A stretch of 32,000 bases of DNA from Candidatus Saccharimonadota bacterium (GTDB taxonomy: Bacteria > Pseudomonadota > Gammaproteobacteria > Enterobacterales > Enterobacteriaceae): positions 480,001-512,000 of the forward strand of contig CP145872.1 of assembly GCA_041941795.1 (NCBI GenBank). The letters run 5' to 3'. Numbering within the stretch: the first letter of the stretch is position 1; the number at the start of each line of letters is the position of its first letter. The translations under genes were made by a program, and so were the position numbers. This document shows, piece after piece, positions 27,470 through 32,000 of this stretch. The notes under the pieces were generated by a model. The model ran no database searches. It worked only from the letters and a program-made list of their open reading frames with translations, and was not told where the DNA came from.

Positions 27470-27554
27470 AATTCTTTTATACTTATATTTTATATCATAT
27501 AATTCATTATACCTGATTTTTCTCATATAAGTAATATTATTTTCTTAGTTAATC

Positions 27555-28016
27555 ATGAAAAAAAATATAGAAATTAAAATTCTTGATAAGAGACTAAAAA
27601 AACTTTTTCAATTACCTAGTTATGCTACTCCAGGATCTGCGGGACTAGATCTCAGAGCATGTATGGATCAAATGATTGAGTTATCTCCCGGAAAGACTAT
27701 TCTTGTTTCAACTGGGTTAGCAATTCATATTAAAGATCCTACTTTAGCAGCAATAATTTTACCTAGATCTGGTTTGGGTCATCAACATGGAATTGTTTTG
27801 GGAAATTTAATTGGACTCATTGATTCAGACTACCAAGGGGAAATTATGATGTCAGTATGGAATCGGGGAGAAAAACACTTTGTGATCACTCCGAATGAAC
27901 GGATTGCACAATTAGTGTTTGTACCTATAGTGCAGGTTGCACTCAATATTGTGGACAATTTTAGTAGTTCTAGCCAACGTGGAAGAGGAAGTTTTGGACA
28001 TACGGGAAATATATAA
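27555..28016 (+). CDS. dut: dUTP diphosphatase
   Basis: The residues I.ILD.R.......[52 protein letters not shown]....S.WNRG and ERIAQ..FVP.VQ are collinear with E. coli Dut. Confidence 0.96.
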   Translation: MKKNIEIKILDKRLKKLFQLPSYATPGSAGLDLRACMDQMIELSPGKTILVSTGLAIHIKDPTLAAIILPRSGLGHQHGIVLGNLIGLIDSDYQGEIMMSVWNRGEKHFVITPNERIAQLVFVPIVQVALNIVDNFSSSSQRGRGSFGHTGNI

Positions 28017-28565
28017 TCTCAGACAGACTATGAATTTGTTAATTCAAATATAAACTGCTTATGGTGACTATAGAACTATAGTAATAATTTTGACTAATTA
28101 TGGCTATAATTAAGCACGTCGTCAAGAGATTAAAATGATGTTATAAAGAGAATAAAGTTCACTTAATAAGTGTATATAATTACAAAAACTTTCCTGAATA
28201 TGAGACATTGGTATTTTTACTATAAACTCACTTATTTTCTAAGTGACTAATAATGTTCTCTTAGATATATAAATAAATTTTATGTTTTGGATAGATGCCT
28301 ATATTTTAGGTTCACCAACAGTTAAATATCTAGAGTGATATGTTCTATCTTTTAGAACAAAAAAATTTGTAATTTTCCAGGATAAAGTGATCCTCTCTCT
28401 TATAAGAGAGATTCTTAATTTTATTATTTGTCTAGGACGATATACTTTTTATGTATGGATGATTTCTCAGTTGAGAATATCCAATATATTTGAGCTTCGT
28501 TATTATTGAATAATAGCTAGCATTAAACTTTTTAATATTTTTTTGAGAAGGAGGATAATTTTTAT

Positions 28566-29429
28566 ATGATTCGCAGCATGACTGCTTTCACCAGAAATGA
28601 AATAAAAAGAGCGTGGGGACATGCGGTTTGGGAAATTCGTTCTGTCAATCAACGTTATCTAGAAACTTATCTGCGTATTCCAGAATCTTTTCGAACTCTG
28701 GAACCAGAAATTCGTCAGCGTATAAGTAAAAAGTTAACCCGGGGAAAAATTGAATGTTTTTTACGATTTGACAGTAATTCTCAATTATCCCTAAATATTA
28801 ATAAATTACTTGTACAACAATTACTCCGAGTCGTCACTTGGATTCAATCACAAAATAATGGACAAGGTATAATTAATTGTTTTGATATTTTGCGATGGCC
28901 CGGAGTGATATTAACAGAAAAACTAGATTTCAATAGTATTGGAACGGAATTGCTAACTGTATTAGATAGTACTCTTGATGATTTAATTAATATTCGTGAA
29001 CTAGAAGGTTCTAGTTTAAAACGTTTTATTGAACAGCGATTAATTAATGTAAGTAATGAAGTAGCTAAAGTACGACTACTATTGCCAGATATAATTAAAT
29101 TTCCAAACGAACGTCTGGTAGCAAAAGTGCAAGAAGCAAAAATGAAGTTAGAAGAGAATATATTTTTCCAAGACATTATGTTGATTGTCCAACAACGGGG
29201 TGATGTGTCGGAAGAATTAGATCGCCTGGAGACACATATTAACCAGATTTATCATATTCTAAATAGGAAGGAGGCCATTGGGCGACGATTAGATTTCATA
29301 ATGCAGGAGTTAAACCGCGAATCTAATACTATAGCATCTAAGTCGATAAATTCCGAGTTAACTACATCAGCCATTGAAATTAAAGTTCTAATTGAACAAA
29401 TGAGAGAACAAATACAAAATATTGAATAG
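28566..29429 (+). CDS. yicC: YicC-family protein (stress-induced endoribonuclease YicC)
   Basis: MIRSMTAF.R.EIK..WG.A.WE.RSVNQRYLETY.R.PE.FR.LEP..R.RI and the C-terminal GRRLDF.MQELNRESNT.ASKSIN.E.T.SAIE.KVLIEQMREQIQNIE are near-identical to E. coli YicC. Confidence 0.92.
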   Translation: MIRSMTAFTRNEIKRAWGHAVWEIRSVNQRYLETYLRIPESFRTLEPEIRQRISKKLTRGKIECFLRFDSNSQLSLNINKLLVQQLLRVVTWIQSQNNGQGIINCFDILRWPGVILTEKLDFNSIGTELLTVLDSTLDDLINIRELEGSSLKRFIEQRLINVSNEVAKVRLLLPDIIKFPNERLVAKVQEAKMKLEENIFFQDIMLIVQQRGDVSEELDRLETHINQIYHILNRKEAIGRRLDFIMQELNRESNTIASKSINSELTTSAIEIKVLIEQMREQIQNIE

Positions 29430-29477
29430 TGACGTAACTATCCCTCGTCTTGACGTATCGTCTTTTTATCTCTTGAT

Positions 29478-29732
29478 CTATTGAATATTATTTTTCCCTG
29501 ATTGATGCGCAGACAAGGATTTACTTACATGTCTATCTTCATGCTTAATAATATCAAAAATACTTTTAGCAATTAATCTTGACTCAATTTCACGCAGTGC
29601 AATTACCGTACATTTATCGTTTTTTGCAGTACCTAAGATGTTCTGATTATAAATTTGGATCTGTCGTGCCCTTTTAGTGGCTAGAAGCACTAAATCAAAA
29701 CGATTACAAATTTTTTCTAATGCATTTTGCAC
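29478..29732 (-). CDS. rpoZ: RNA polymerase omega subunit. The annotated start is a GTG at 29732; the ancestral ATG at 29748-29746 is out of frame by one base.
   Basis: (V)QNALEKICNRFDLVLLATKRARQIQ.........NDK.TVIALREIE..LI matches the E. coli [31 protein letters not shown]...NDKTTVIALREIEEGLI. See the rpoZ finding for the start-codon problem. Confidence 0.85.
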   Translation of the reverse strand: MQNALEKICNRFDLVLLATKRARQIQIYNQNILGTAKNDKCTVIALREIESRLIAKSIFDIIKHEDRHVSKSLSAHQSGKNNIQ

Positions 29733-29762
29733 TGTTATCCGAACCCATACCTACTATTTCCT

Positions 29763-30398
29763 TTAATCTTTTAATAATTTACTAATTATATTACTATTAC
29801 GTTGTACTTGCTGGTGTTTTTTTAAACCTTCGGCATTTACAATGTTCTTTAAATCTGATACTGCTTGTTCATAAATATCATTAATAATCAAATAATCATA
29901 TTCCTGATAGTGTTTAATTTCCGTCACTGCTTGGTCTATGCGTTTAGCAATAGATTGTTGACTTTCTTGTCCCCGATGATATAAACGTCTAACTAATTCT
30001 TCTTTAGAAGGAGGTAAAATAAAAATACTAGATATAAAAAAGGTAGAAATTTTCTTGCGGATCTGTTGTGCTCCTTGCCAATTAATATCTAGGAATACAT
30101 CTACACCGATCGAAAGTACAGGTTCGATGCAGGATCGTGCTGTTCCATAAAAGTGTCCAAATATCCGTACATACTCTAAAAATTCTCCATCTTTGATCAT
30201 CTTGATAAATTCTTCATGAGAAATGAAATAATAATGTAGTCCGTGTTTTTCTCCGGAACGTTTTTTTCTAGTGGTATGGGAAATGGATAGTTGAGCAGAA
30301 GAACTGTTTTGGTCTTTTAATACCTGCTGAATTAAACTAGTTTTTCCAGTTCCACTGGGAGCAGAAACTATAAAAAGTATCCCTTGAGTTTTAGTCAT
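29763..30398 (-). CDS. gmk: Guanylate kinase
   Basis: The residues [51 protein letters not shown] and [17 protein letters not shown] are collinear with E. coli Gmk. Confidence 0.96.
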   Translation of the reverse strand: MTKTQGILFIVSAPSGTGKTSLIQQVLKDQNSSSAQLSISHTTRKKRSGEKHGLHYYFISHEEFIKMIKDGEFLEYVRIFGHFYGTARSCIEPVLSIGVDVFLDINWQGAQQIRKKISTFFISSIFILPPSKEELVRRLYHRGQESQQSIAKRIDQAVTEIKHYQEYDYLIINDIYEQAVSDLKNIVNAEGLKKHQQVQRNSNIISKLLKD

Positions 30399-30572
30399 GT
30401 CTATTTTTCTGTATTGATTTTTTATCTAGATAAAGATAATATGTAGTTTACTACCAAATGAATTTGGCGCATTATAATATAAGTACTTTCTTATCTTTTT
30501 AAAGATAAAATTCACAAAATCTCTATTCTAGAGAGATTTTAGTTCAGTTCTTCTTAAAGAAGGAAAAATTAA

Positions 30573-31115
30573 ATGGGGTTTAATAGTATTCCTGCGGGCT
30601 ACAATGTGCCCGATGATATTTATGTAATTATCGAAATTCCCGCGAATACTAATAATCTAAAATATGAGATCGATAAAAAGAGTGGTGCTCTTTATGTAGA
30701 TAGATTTTTAACTAGTGCTATGTTTTATCCATATAATTATGGATATATAAATCAAACATTAGCTTTAGATGGAGATTGTCTCGATACTTTGGTACTTACT
30801 CCTTATTCTTTACACCCGGGTTCAATCATTCGTTGTCGTCCAGTGAGTATCTTAAACATGACTGATGAGTCTGGTTATGATTCCAAGATTATTGCTGTTC
30901 CACATAACAAATTAACGGTCGAGTATGATCATATAAAAGATTTAAATGATTTACCAGAATGGATATGCGCAAAAATAGTGCATTTTTTTGAACATTACAA
31001 GGATATGGAACAAAATAAATGGTCTAAGATGATAGGATGGGACAATGTCCAAGCTGCTAAACAGGAAATTATCAAGTGTTATGAAAGATTAATTAGTCAA
31101 AATAGAGAGCAATGA
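30573..31115 (+). CDS. ppa: Inorganic pyrophosphatase
   Basis: PAG...P.DIYV.IEIPAN....KYEIDK.SGAL.VDRF...AMFYP.NYGYIN.TL.LDGD..D.LV.TPY.L.PGS.IRCRP...L.MTDE.G.D.K..AVPH.KL..EYDHIKD.NDLPE......[11 protein letters not shown] is collinear with E. coli Ppa, and the acidic active-site residues are retained. Confidence 0.96.
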   Translation: MGFNSIPAGYNVPDDIYVIIEIPANTNNLKYEIDKKSGALYVDRFLTSAMFYPYNYGYINQTLALDGDCLDTLVLTPYSLHPGSIIRCRPVSILNMTDESGYDSKIIAVPHNKLTVEYDHIKDLNDLPEWICAKIVHFFEHYKDMEQNKWSKMIGWDNVQAAKQEIIKCYERLISQNREQ

Positions 31116-31282
31116 AATTTCTGAAATAGACAGTAAAATGTCTTCTTTTTATAAAAAAAGAATTATTACGTGAGGATGACTTACTCTTTAAGTAGTTAAA
31201 AGTATTTTTTTAGTGAGATTATATCCAGTTTGTAAGAAAATTTTTTTTTAAAAAAAAGACTTCTCTATTTACCTAGCTAGTA

Positions 31283-31311
31283 TTGCTATTAGTTAAATAA
31301 TATAGTAAGAT
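31283..31311 (+). promoter_or_regulatory. Candidate sigma70 promoter of the rRNA operon (weak call)
   Basis: TTGCTA (31283-31288), a 17-nt spacer, then TAAGAT (31306-31311). It is preceded by a long A/T block (31233-31256) that could act as an UP element, and lies about 180 nt upstream of the 16S 5' end. Such matches arise easily by chance in AT-rich DNA. Confidence 0.3.
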
Positions 31312-31341
31312 AAATAAGTCAACGTGCTAACCTATTATTTA

Positions 31342-31353
31342 GTTCTTTGACAA
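31342..31353 (+). promoter_or_regulatory. boxA-like rrn antitermination element in the 16S leader
   Basis: GTTCTTTGACAA matches the E. coli rrn boxA core GCTCTTTAACAA at 10 of 12 positions. It lies between the candidate promoter and the 16S 5' end, where boxA is expected. Confidence 0.4.
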
Positions 31354-31487
31354 GAAGGAAGTGAGTAAAAAATTTGAATGTGCACTGACGGAGTGTGAGA
31401 TAAGTTCTGTTAAAAAGTTTTAACGGAATGAATAGATTGGAGTTCTTACCTCACTAAGTATAAAAAATCTTATGGGGTAATAAAATT

Positions 31488-32000
<513 letters not shown>

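Overview
This is a visibly AT-rich gammaproteobacterial chromosome segment (G+C looks like roughly one third by eye; not computed). Nearly all its proteins are close homologues of E. coli housekeeping proteins. Gene order follows E. coli microsynteny only in short blocks: ddl-secA-yacG | fmt-def / tsaC-aroE | trpT-hdfR-yifE ... trxA-rho ... argX-hisR-leuT-proM ... dapF-uvrD-corA | LysR regulator | hslVU-glpK-fpr-tpiA | yibN | mutM-rpmGB-dut ... yicC | rpoZ-gmk (inverted) | ppa | 16S rRNA. At the block joins, the genes expected from E. coli are absent. They are replaced by 0.2-0.9 kb of non-coding DNA, some of it recognisable gene debris. Several retained genes carry single lesions: a truncated dapF, a frameshifted mutM, an rpoZ whose ATG is out of frame, a yacG without a canonical start, and a fragmented yifE. 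This pattern fits a host-restricted or endosymbiont-type genome part-way through reduction. I support about 29 CDS, 3 pseudogenes, 5 tRNAs, a partial 16S rRNA, one clear intrinsic terminator and one good sigma32-type promoter. I see no transposase, integrase, prophage, CRISPR array, toxin-antitoxin pair or recognisable defence system, and I did not find a convincing novel multi-gene system. The only accessory-looking module is a two-gene OmpA-like plus YsnF/DUF2382-like stress-type operon between the tRNA cluster and dapF. The observations most worth a second look are: (1) the mutM frameshift in a 9-nt homopolymer, where removing one base restores the zinc finger exactly; (2) ddl directly abutting a DUF721/DciA-like gene and secA, with ftsQ-ftsA-ftsZ-lpxC-secM missing from their usual place; (3) a deletion fusing mid-dapF to the uvrD start, which also removes xerC from its usual place; and (4) a DciA-like gene in a genome that otherwise looks enterobacterial. 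All homology calls come from reading the translations against remembered E. coli sequences. No database search was run.
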